Shown: positions 24,918 through 32,000 of the stretch, piece after piece
Numbering within the stretch: position 1 is the first letter of the stretch
How the letters are laid out: the number at the start of each line of letters is the position of its first letter
Assembly: GCF_000015025.1 (NCBI RefSeq)
Contig: NC_008578.1
Coordinates: 1,590,001-1,622,000 of the forward strand
Direction: 5' to 3'
Length of the DNA stretch: 32,000 nt
Origin: Acidothermus cellulolyticus 11B
Lineage (GTDB): Bacteria; Actinomycetota; Actinomycetes; Acidothermales; Acidothermaceae
Translations under genes and position numbers: made by a program
Notes under the pieces: model-generated
What the model was told of the DNA's origin: nothing
Database searches by the model: none
The model's input: the letters and a program-made list of their open reading frames with translations, nothing else

Positions 24918-24952
24918 CCGGCCACCCCCGTCTGTGGTTGCGGCGTGGCCGG
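24918..24952. terminator. hairpin between convergent genes (CCGGCCAC-N19-GTGGCCGG)
   Basis: 8-bp perfect stem read directly, between the stop of the hydrolase (24896, +) and the stop of the ligase gene (24967, -). The loop is long and there is no U tract, so confidence is low. Confidence 0.3.
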
Positions 24953-24966
24953 AGAATTCCGCTGCC

Positions 24967-26088
24967 TTATCGCAATCCGAGCACGTCGACCAGGAGCCGG
25001 GCGGCCGCACCGCCTTCGTCAACGGCAACCTGAAACGCCGTCGGCACGTCGAGGTCGTCACGGAGCGCGGCAAGAACCGCCTCCCGCCCGTCGGAACGCC
25101 CGGGACGGGCCGCCGCCGTGAAGAGCGCGTCGACGTCCGCCTCGGCGCGTTGCAACTCGCGTGCATCGAATTCCCACGGCTGCGGCCAACGGCGGTGGAC
25201 CACGTACATGCGCAGCGCGGCCGCGGGATGAGCGGCGAGCAGGTCGGAGACGAGGACGAGATTTCCCGCTGACTTCGCCATTTTCCGCCCACCGTGGTGG
25301 ACCATGCCGACCCGCAGCCAGGTCCGCGCGAACGGCCGCACTCCGGTAAGGGCCTCGGCCAGCGCCGCTTCATAGGCGTGATGGGGGAACCGCAGGTCAG
25401 CGCCGCCGGCGTGAATGTCCAAAGCCGGGCCGAAAACCGTCATCGCCATCGCGGCGCACTCGGCGTGCCATCCCGGCCGCCCGGGACCCCACGGGCTCGG
25501 CCACGCCGGGACGCCCTCACCACTCGCCCGCCAAATTGCCACGTCGAACGGATTCTCCTTGGCGGGATCGTCTGGTTCGTCGTTGAATTCGGCCGCGAGT
25601 TGCCGTGCCTCGTCAGCCGAAAGGCCGGCGCGGACGGGTACGTCGGCGCCCCGGAAATACACCGACCCGTTGCGGACGTAGGCCTTCCCGGCGTCCACCA
25701 GCCCGGCGGCGAGACTCACCACGTTGCGAACGAAATTGTGCGCCCGTGGTTCATGCGTCGGCGGCCGGACCCCGAGTGCCGCCATGTCCTGCTCGAAATG
25801 GAATTGCTGCACAGCAGCGAATGCGTCGTACGACGCACCGGCGCGCCGGGCGGCGTCCAGGAGGACGTCGTCGACGTCGGTCACGTTGCGGCAGACTTCA
25901 ACGTCGGTGCCGAGCTGACGGAGCAACCGGGTGAGGACATCGACCCAGATGTACGTCGCCGCGTGGCCAAGATGTGTCACGTCGTACGGGGTGACCCCGC
26001 AGACGTACATCCGGACCTTGCCGACCGTCGGTAGGGCGGTACCGGCCAGTCGAAGCGGTCGAAGTTGCTCGTCGAGCGCTAGTGTCAC
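24967..26088 (-). CDS. class-I CysRS-family ligase lacking an anticodon-binding domain (MshC-like cysteine ligase)
   Basis: 373 aa, GTG start with AAGGAG 5 nt upstream. HIGH-type motif THLGHA and KMSKS-type motif KMAKS. Zn/Cys-site residues are conserved (MYVCGVTPYD, PGWHAECAAM, FPHHAYE). Its length and lack of a C-terminal tRNA domain resemble MshC more than CysS. Confidence 0.78.
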   Translation of the reverse strand: MTLALDEQLRPLRLAGTALPTVGKVRMYVCGVTPYDVTHLGHAATYIWVDVLTRLLRQLGTDVEVCRNVTDVDDVLLDAARRAGASYDAFAAVQQFHFEQDMAALGVRPPTHEPRAHNFVRNVVSLAAGLVDAGKAYVRNGSVYFRGADVPVRAGLSADEARQLAAEFNDEPDDPAKENPFDVAIWRASGEGVPAWPSPWGPGRPGWHAECAAMAMTVFGPALDIHAGGADLRFPHHAYEAALAEALTGVRPFARTWLRVGMVHHGGRKMAKSAGNLVLVSDLLAAHPAAALRMYVVHRRWPQPWEFDARELQRAEADVDALFTAAARPGRSDGREAVLAALRDDLDVPTAFQVAVDEGGAAARLLVDVLGLR

Positions 26089-26297
26089 GCCGTCTCCTTA
26101 CCGCCGTCCGCCCTCCGCGAGCGGGCACTCGACAGCCTAGTGCGAAAGCCCCCCGCGGAAGGTGGCGGTGCCACGATCCGCATCGCGCAGGCATGCCGGC
26201 CGCTCGCGGTGGCGGAATTCGACGAGACGGTGTTACCGACCCTCACCCGGCTGGCGTCGACCAACCTGTCCGCCGGGCGACGGCGCCGCGGCGCCGC

Positions 26298-26978
26298 TCA
26301 GGCGGCCGCTCCGCTAGGTGACGGCGACGGAGCCGGCGTACCCGGCGCGTGGCGCGGGAACTGGCCGTCGACGATCAACCGCGCGGTGCGGGTGTTGCCG
26401 CTCCGCACGGCCCAGATGCGGACGGTGTCCCCGACCTTCACGTCACTGATAGTGGCCTTGGTGCCGCGCGGCAGAGCCAGGTCGAGGATTTTCGTCTGGC
26501 CGGTCACGACGTAGGTGAAGGTCACATTGTCCGTGCTCTGCACGGTGATCGACGTTGCACTCACCCCGATCACCCGTCCGCGCTGCACGTCGACGACCTC
26601 GATCCCTTGCCGGGTCTGGACGGTTGCCTCACCGTGCAGCAGGTTGCCCTCGAACCGCCCAAAAATGTCCCGAGGGCCAAGATGCCGGCCGCGGCCCGGC
26701 CCGCCCGGTGCCGGCGATTGGGACGGCGCTGGGGATGAGGAACTCGCCGCGAGGGCAGCGACGACGTCGCTGCTTGGCTGCGCGCTGTTCCCGCTCCCGC
26801 CGCCGGCAAAATACACGCCGGCCGCGACTGCGGCGGCGCTCACCACACCGAGGGTCGTCCAGGCCAGCATGCGGCGCGGACGGCGCGGCTCGTGGGCAAG
26901 CAGATCGGACTGCGGGGGCGGCGGCGCAGCGGGATATTCGCCGCCCGGCGTGCGGTACCAATCAGGTGTTTCGGTCAT
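26298..26978 (-). CDS. membrane-anchored extracytoplasmic protein of unknown function (third gene of the two-component operon)
   Basis: 226 aa. The ATG 26978 overlaps the kinase 3' end by 17 nt. It has a Pro-rich cytoplasmic head, one TM helix (MLAWTTLGVVSAAAVAAGVYFAG), a Ser/Pro linker and a beta-rich domain (ITVQSTDNVTFTYVVTGQTKI...VKVGDTVRIWA) that recalls DUF5666-like OB-type domains. That similarity is unverified. Confidence 0.7.
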   Translation of the reverse strand: MTETPDWYRTPGGEYPAAPPPPQSDLLAHEPRRPRRMLAWTTLGVVSAAAVAAGVYFAGGGSGNSAQPSSDVVAALAASSSSPAPSQSPAPGGPGRGRHLGPRDIFGRFEGNLLHGEATVQTRQGIEVVDVQRGRVIGVSATSITVQSTDNVTFTYVVTGQTKILDLALPRGTKATISDVKVGDTVRIWAVRSGNTRTARLIVDGQFPRHAPGTPAPSPSPSGAAA

Positions 26979-28536
26979 TCATGGCCTCCTTCAGGTCTGG
27001 CTCCATCATCTGGTTCACCTGCCCCTGAAGGTTGGGCGTGAGCTGGGAATTGGATGGGAATTCCGCCAGCAGCGGGAGTTCCACCCGGAAACACGCCCCC
27101 GCTCCGGGAACATTGCGTACGCCGACGCGCCCGCCATGTGCCTGTACCACGCTTGCCACAATGGCCAAGCCAAGTCCGGCGCCCCCGTGGTCGCGGGTGC
27201 GGGACGGATCCGCGCGATAGAAACGGTCGAACACCCGCGGCAAATCCGCCGCCGGCAAGCCGAGACCGTAGTCGGTGACCTCCAGCACCGCCCAACCGTT
27301 CTCAGCGGCGAGGCGAATGTCCACCGGCGTCCCTGGTGGAGTGTGCACCCGCACGTTGGTAAGCAGATTGGTCACGACCTGCCGGAGTTGCAATTCGTCA
27401 CCGCTGACGACCACGTCGGGGTCGGCGTCCACGCGCACCTGCCGGTCCGGTGCGGCTGCCCGGAAATCCTCGCACGCGTCGGCGACAAGCTCGGCAAGAA
27501 GAACTGGCTCACGCACGGGCTGGCGTCCTTGGTCGAGCCGGGCCAACAGCAGCAATTCGTCGACGAGAACACCCATCCGGGTCGCCTCTTCTTCGATGCG
27601 GCGCATTGCCTTCTCGAGGTCATCCGGGCGACGCGCCGCGCCGCGCCGGAAGAGTTCGGCGTACCCGCGGATCGAGGTAAGCGGCGTACGCAATTCATGC
27701 GAAGCGTCGGCCAGGAACCGGCGCAGCCGTTCTTCCGATGCGGCCCGTACGGCGAAGGCTTCCTCGATACGGCTCACCATGGTGTTGAACGCCGCGCCCA
27801 GCCGGCCGACTTCGTTGCGGGTATCGGCATACGCCACCCGCCGGGAGAGCTGACCGGCGGCGATGTCATCCGCGGCCCGCTCGATTGCTCGCAGGGGTCG
27901 AAGTCCGAGACCGAGAACGAACCACGCAAGGTAACCCACGCCGACGAGAACACCCACAGCGACAGCGATTTCCACGATGGTGAGCCGCCGCAACGTCGCG
28001 TCGACCTCGCGCAGCGGCATCCCCCAGACGAAGGTGTACCGCACGCCGGTGGTCGGATTCACCAGAAGCTGCGGGACGACGACCATCCGGTAGGCCGCAC
28101 CCGACGGGGTGTACGCCGTAAACGGCGCGGTCCGCGATGCCACATCGCTCGGCAGGCGGGGAGCCTCGGCAGCCGAGACCGGGACCCACGCATCGGTCGC
28201 GTCGTACCCGAATTGCTCCACCACCCGTCCGCCCGCGGTGACCGCTGCGGCGTAACTGCCGACCGGCAGCAATCGGGTGACGGCGCCACGACGGCCCGGC
28301 GCGCCGAAGAGTGCGCGGCCGGGACCGCCGTCCGCGAACACCATCTGGGCGACGAGCCGGGTCGCGGCCTGCTGGTCATTGTCGAAACGGTTCAGCAGAA
28401 ATGAGGCAAGCAAGGCCCGGGTGGCGAGCGCGGCCACCGCCAATCCCAGCGCGACGAGCCCGAGGACGCCTATCAGCAGCCGGCCGCGCAGCGACAGCGA
28501 GTGCCAGAAACGCGGCGGCGACAGGGGGCTCTTCAT
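26962..28536 (-). CDS. sensor histidine kinase (two TM helices, HAMP, HisKA, HATPase_c)
   Basis: H-box ASHELRTPLTSIRGY, N/G boxes VTNLLTNVRVHT and DHGGAGLGLAIV, and a HAMP-like segment after the second TM helix (LRPLRAIERAADDIAAGQLSRRV). Confidence 0.92.
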   Translation of the reverse strand: MKSPLSPPRFWHSLSLRGRLLIGVLGLVALGLAVAALATRALLASFLLNRFDNDQQAATRLVAQMVFADGGPGRALFGAPGRRGAVTRLLPVGSYAAAVTAGGRVVEQFGYDATDAWVPVSAAEAPRLPSDVASRTAPFTAYTPSGAAYRMVVVPQLLVNPTTGVRYTFVWGMPLREVDATLRRLTIVEIAVAVGVLVGVGYLAWFVLGLGLRPLRAIERAADDIAAGQLSRRVAYADTRNEVGRLGAAFNTMVSRIEEAFAVRAASEERLRRFLADASHELRTPLTSIRGYAELFRRGAARRPDDLEKAMRRIEEEATRMGVLVDELLLLARLDQGRQPVREPVLLAELVADACEDFRAAAPDRQVRVDADPDVVVSGDELQLRQVVTNLLTNVRVHTPPGTPVDIRLAAENGWAVLEVTDYGLGLPAADLPRVFDRFYRADPSRTRDHGGAGLGLAIVASVVQAHGGRVGVRNVPGAGACFRVELPLLAEFPSNSQLTPNLQGQVNQMMEPDLKEAMNDRNT

Positions 28537-28554
28537 GGCATCAGGACGCTCCAG

Positions 28555-29295
28555 TCAGCTGGTCTTGGCAGCGGATTTTCGGTCACCACCGGTCTTCGAC
28601 TTTTCGTTCTCCCGGGGAAGCCGGAGCGTGTAGCCGACACCCCGTACGGTATGGATGAGCGGCGGTCCCTCAGCGTCGATCTTCTTTCGAAGATAGCTGA
28701 TGTATGTTTCCAGCACGCCGGAGTCACCACCGAAATCGTAGTCCCACACGTGGTCGAGCAATTGGGCTCGGGTGAGAACTTTGCGCGCGTTGGCCAGCAG
28801 ATAGCGGAGCAGCCGGTACTCCGTCGCGGTAAGCTCGATCAACCGGCCGCCGCGGGTGACCTCGTGGGTGTCGTCATCGAGCTCCAGGTCCGCGAAGACG
28901 AGCCGGGAATTCGTCGTCCCGCGGGTACGCCGCAGGATCGCGTGCACCCGCGCCACGAGCTCGGCGAGGGAGAACGGCTTGGTCACGTAATCGTCACCGC
29001 CGACCGTCAGACCGCGGACCTTGTCTTCGGTCGCATCCCGCGCCGTGAGGAAGAGGACCGGCGTTGGTACGCCCTCGCGGCCGAGCCGGCGAGCCACCTC
29101 AAAGCCATCAATGTCCGGGAGCATCACGTCGAGAATCACGAGATCCGGATGGGTCTTGGCCGCCGTCTGCAGGGCCTGAACGCCGGTATGGGCGGTGGCG
29201 ACCTGGAATCCCTCGTAGCGCAACGCGGTCGCGACAAGATCGGTGATGTTCTGCTCGTCGTCGACGACGAGCACGCGGGTTGCGGCGGTGGTCAC
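28555..29295 (-). CDS. OmpR/PhoB-family response regulator (resembles mycobacterial PhoP-type regulators)
   Basis: Receiver domain (RVLVVDDE, LVILDVMLPDIDG, KPFSLAELVARV) plus winged-helix domain (LTATEYRLLRYLL, LDHVWDYDFGGD, IHTVRGVGYTL). GTG start with AAGGGAG upstream. Confidence 0.93.
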   Translation of the reverse strand: MTTAATRVLVVDDEQNITDLVATALRYEGFQVATAHTGVQALQTAAKTHPDLVILDVMLPDIDGFEVARRLGREGVPTPVLFLTARDATEDKVRGLTVGGDDYVTKPFSLAELVARVHAILRRTRGTTNSRLVFADLELDDDTHEVTRGGRLIELTATEYRLLRYLLANARKVLTRAQLLDHVWDYDFGGDSGVLETYISYLRKKIDAEGPPLIHTVRGVGYTLRLPRENEKSKTGGDRKSAAKTS

Positions 29296-29325
29296 CGGTG
29301 GCTCCCTTCTCTGTCAGCCGGCGGT

Positions 29326-29386
29326 TCCGGACACAGTCAGCCGGCCGGCGGGTCCGGACACCGGCCGGCGCGGCGCGTCCGGACAC
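29326..29386. promoter_or_regulatory. three direct copies of TCCGGACAC (spacing 27 and 25 bp) in the divergent promoter region between the response regulator and the adaptor gene
   Basis: Read directly at 29326..29334, 29353..29361 and 29378..29386, which is 30-90 bp upstream of the regulator GTG. The third copy forms GACAC-N5-GTGTC with downstream sequence. Any function is inferred only. Confidence 0.4.
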
Positions 29387-29613
29387 CGTCAGTGTCTGGG
29401 AAGTCGCTGCGACCAGGCTAAGAAGACGCTGTGTTTTCTCTGAGAAGAACGCCCGATGTCTTCGCCGGCAAGAACCCGCGATCACCACCCGCCCGGACCC
29501 GACGCCCACACGCGAACCGGGTGATACTCAGCAATTCTTCAGGATCGCTTGAGCTTCTTCCCATCCGGCCCTGCTGACCTGATGGCTGCTGGACATGACC
29601 GTCGCCATCGGAG

Positions 29614-31500
29614 ATGAGGCCCGGTTCGACAATGCGCTGGACGAGATTCGGTGCGATCAACTTTGTCTTGGCTCTCGCAGCCGCCGCCGGTGGCGGAATT
29701 GCGTATGCGTCGCTCGGCATGCCGGCGGCGTCCAGTGCCAATACCCCGGTGCGCACCACGACGGTTGCCATGGGCACGGTCATGTCGACCATCTCGGCGA
29801 CCGGCAACGTCACGGCACCGAATGACATCGCGGTGAACTTCGCGACAAGTGGCAAGCTCACGGAAATCGACGTCACCGTCGGCGAGAGGGTGACGCAGGG
29901 ACAAGTTCTCGCCCGCCTGGACGCCACACAGGCCAAGGCAAATCTCGCCGCCGCCCAAGCTCAGCTCGCCTCGGCGCAAGCAAAACTCGCCGAACTGGAA
30001 CAGGGCCCCACTGCGCTGCAGCAACAGGGCTATCAACTGGCGAACCAACAGGCCCAAGCGCAGGTCACCCAGGCGAATCAGCAGCTTGCCAACGCCAACC
30101 AGGCCCTGCAATTCGACGAGCAGAATCTCGCAGCAGCCGTCACCAAGGCGCAGCAACAACTGCAGCAAGCGCAGGCGCAACTCGCGGCTGACCAGCAGAA
30201 GTACACGACCGACAGTCAGAGCCTCGCCCAAGCCGTCGACCAGGCGCGCAATCAAGCTGCCCAGCAACTCGGAATCGACCAGGCACAACTCAACGCCGAC
30301 ACCTTGCAGCTCCAGAACGACACCGCGAAGGAGCAGACGGATTGCCAAGCATCCTCCCCCGCCTGCCCAGCCGATCAGCTCGCCGTCGCGCGGGACCAGG
30401 TAGCGGTCGCCAACGATCAAGCCAAAGTGGCGGCGGACGGCTCACCGACGGACGATTACTCAGAGGCCACGGTCGTGCAGAACGCCCTCCAGAACGAACA
30501 AGCGACCCTGGCCAAGGACCAGCAGACAATCACCAGCGATCAGCAAGCGGTCAGCAACGCGAGCGACGCAGTCGCCGCTGCGCAGACCGCCGAACAGCAA
30601 GGCATCGCAAAGGACAAGCAAGCCATTGCAGCCGCTCAGCAGCAGGTGGCGAACGCGCAGCTCAACGCGCAAATCACCGAGAACAGCAACGCTCAGAAGA
30701 CTGCGCCGCCGCTCGCGTCGGACGTCGACAGCGCCGAAGCTGCCGTGGAACAAGCACAATCTCAGGTCGACACCGCTCAGCAGGCGCTCGACGCGACAAC
30801 GCTCACCGCGCCGGCCGACGGCACGATCGGAGCCATCAACGGGTCGGTGGGTGAGACGATCAGCGGCGGCAACACGGCCAGCATTACCGCCTCCACGGCG
30901 AACAGCAGCTCCAGCGGCTCGGCCGTCGCTGCCTTCATCACCTTGACCAACCTGACGAATCTTCAGGTCGTCGCGAATATCGATGAAGCGGACGCCGCGA
31001 AGATTCACACCGGCTCCCCGGCGACCGTGACGCTCAACGCCCTGCCGGGCAAAGAATTTTCGGCGCACGTGCTCGAAGTCGCCGACACGGCGACCGTCGC
31101 CAACAACGTCGTGGAGTATCAGGTCACTTTCTCCCTAGATCAATCGGATCCCGCGGTGAAACCCGGAATGACCGCCAATGTCACCGTGGTCACCGCCGAG
31201 GCGGACGGCGTCCTCAACGTCGCGTCAGCGGCGGTGCGCAGTGCGGGTGGCGATTCCTACGTCATGGTCGTCGGGCCGAACGGCACGGAGCGTCGAGTGG
31301 ACGTCGTCGTCGGCTTGAAGGGTGATACCACAACGGAAATCTCCGGTCCGCTTCAGGCTGGTGACGTCGTCGCCCTGCCTACCGTCACGCGGACCACGAC
31401 AAGCTCGACGTCGACGACGACGCGTGTCCCGGGGCTCGGGGGCGGCTTCGGAGTCGGTGGCGGTTTCGGCGGCTTCGGCGGGGGCGGAGGCCGAGGATGA
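29614..31500 (+). CDS. HlyD/MacA-type membrane-fusion (periplasmic adaptor) protein with an exceptionally long Q/A-rich coiled coil and a Ser/Thr- then Gly-rich tail
   Basis: 628 aa with an N-terminal TM anchor (FGAINFVLALAAAAGGGIAYA). The lipoyl half-motifs (GKLTEIDVTVGERVTQGQVLARLD ... LTAPADGTIGAINGSVGETI) are separated by about 290 aa of coiled coil. A beta-barrel and membrane-proximal domains follow. The stop overlaps the ABC ATPase start (ATGA). A second candidate start is ATG 29632. Confidence 0.85.
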   Translation: MRPGSTMRWTRFGAINFVLALAAAAGGGIAYASLGMPAASSANTPVRTTTVAMGTVMSTISATGNVTAPNDIAVNFATSGKLTEIDVTVGERVTQGQVLARLDATQAKANLAAAQAQLASAQAKLAELEQGPTALQQQGYQLANQQAQAQVTQANQQLANANQALQFDEQNLAAAVTKAQQQLQQAQAQLAADQQKYTTDSQSLAQAVDQARNQAAQQLGIDQAQLNADTLQLQNDTAKEQTDCQASSPACPADQLAVARDQVAVANDQAKVAADGSPTDDYSEATVVQNALQNEQATLAKDQQTITSDQQAVSNASDAVAAAQTAEQQGIAKDKQAIAAAQQQVANAQLNAQITENSNAQKTAPPLASDVDSAEAAVEQAQSQVDTAQQALDATTLTAPADGTIGAINGSVGETISGGNTASITASTANSSSSGSAVAAFITLTNLTNLQVVANIDEADAAKIHTGSPATVTLNALPGKEFSAHVLEVADTATVANNVVEYQVTFSLDQSDPAVKPGMTANVTVVTAEADGVLNVASAAVRSAGGDSYVMVVGPNGTERRVDVVVGLKGDTTTEISGPLQAGDVVALPTVTRTTTSSTSTTTRVPGLGGGFGVGGGFGGFGGGGGRG

Positions 31501-32000
31501 CGGCGGGCGGAGAACCACCGGTCATCCGGCTGTGGCGGGTGACGAAGACGTACGGCAGCGGGGCGGCCCGCGTCCATGCCCTGCGCGGTGTTTCACTGGT
31601 CGTCCAACGCGGCGATTACGTCGCCATCATGGGCGCCTCCGGTTCGGGCAAGACGACGCTGATGAATATCCTCGGCTGTCTCGATTCCCCGACGTCCGGG
31701 CGCTACCTTCTGGACGGAATAGACGTCGACGTGATGGACGACGACGAGCTCGCCGCCGTACGAAATCGTCGTATCGGATTTGTTTTCCAGAGCTTCCACC
31801 TTCTCCCGCGATTGACGGCACTGCAGAACGTCGAATTACCGCTCACCTACGCCCGGGTTCGTCGTGCCGAACGGCGCCGCCGTGCGGTAGCCGCGCTCCA
31901 TGCGGTGGGTCTGGCGCACCGCCTGGGGCACCGGCCGGCCATGATGTCCGGCGGTGAACGGCAACGAGTTGCCGTCGCTCGGGCCATCGTCGTCGATCCA
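31497..32000 (+). CDS. ABC transporter ATP-binding protein, MacB/LolD type (partial, continues past the window end)
   Basis: This open frame is absent from the ORF track because it has no stop inside the window. ATG 31497. Walker A GASGSGKTT, Q-loop FVFQSFHLLP, signature MSGGERQRVAVARA. The frame stays open to base 32000. Confidence 0.9.
   Translation, partial: MTAGGEPPVIRLWRVTKTYGSGAARVHALRGVSLVVQRGDYVAIMGASGSGKTTLMNILGCLDSPTSGRYLLDGIDVDVMDDDELAAVRNRRIGFVFQSFHLLPRLTALQNVELPLTYARVRRAERRRRAVAALHAVGLAHRLGHRPAMMSGGERQRVAVARAIVVDP

Noticed and set aside
26515-28404. 629-aa ORF on the + strand
   Set aside because: It is antisense to the histidine kinase and membrane-protein genes, has no domain signatures, and looks like a high-GC shadow frame.
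29539-30420. 293-aa ORF on the - strand
   Set aside because: It is antisense to the Q/A-rich coiled-coil coding region. Its Leu/Gly/Arg-rich composition is just the complement of the CAG/GCN codon runs.
1-32000. Mobile element, prophage or genomic island boundaries
   Set aside because: I found no integrase, transposase, tRNA target or long terminal inverted/direct repeats. The possibly accessory gene pairs are flagged as findings instead.

Overview
High-GC (judged by eye, not computed), densely coding chromosomal segment that looks like Actinomycetota. I found no rRNA, tRNA, CRISPR, transposase or integrase. The ORF track uses the longest ATG/GTG start, so several starts were trimmed to the first codon with a Shine-Dalgarno match or to an overlap with the upstream stop codon. 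Left to right: a dienelactone hydrolase coupled to a small conserved protein; a PLP-dependent Cys/Met-metabolism enzyme; about 700 bp of unexplained non-coding DNA; a topoisomerase IV/gyrase B-type subunit, divergent from a small Cys4 protein. A two-gene secreted module (papain-like Cys peptidase plus beta-rich lipoprotein) precedes the principal sigma factor. Then come a two-gene module (small WXG-like helical protein plus a helical-N-terminus, lipase-type hydrolase) bracketed by tandem repeats, an HhH-GPD repair protein and a GAF-GGDEF-EAL protein. A phenylacetate catabolic locus follows: paaN-paaR-DUF488-hypothetical on the + strand and paaABCDE on the - strand, each preceded by a PaaR-type palindrome. 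After it lie dinB with a C-terminal extension, a second dienelactone hydrolase and an MshC-like ligase. The right end holds an OmpR-type two-component system with a membrane-anchored third gene, divergent from a MacA/HlyD-type adaptor (very long Q/A-rich coiled coil) and a MacB-type ABC ATPase that runs off the window. The points most worth a second look are the WXG-like/hydrolase pair, four 17-18 bp minisatellites within about 8 kb, the secreted peptidase/lipoprotein pair, and the oversized adaptor with a central Cys pair. All functional calls rest on motif and family recognition by eye; no searches were run.
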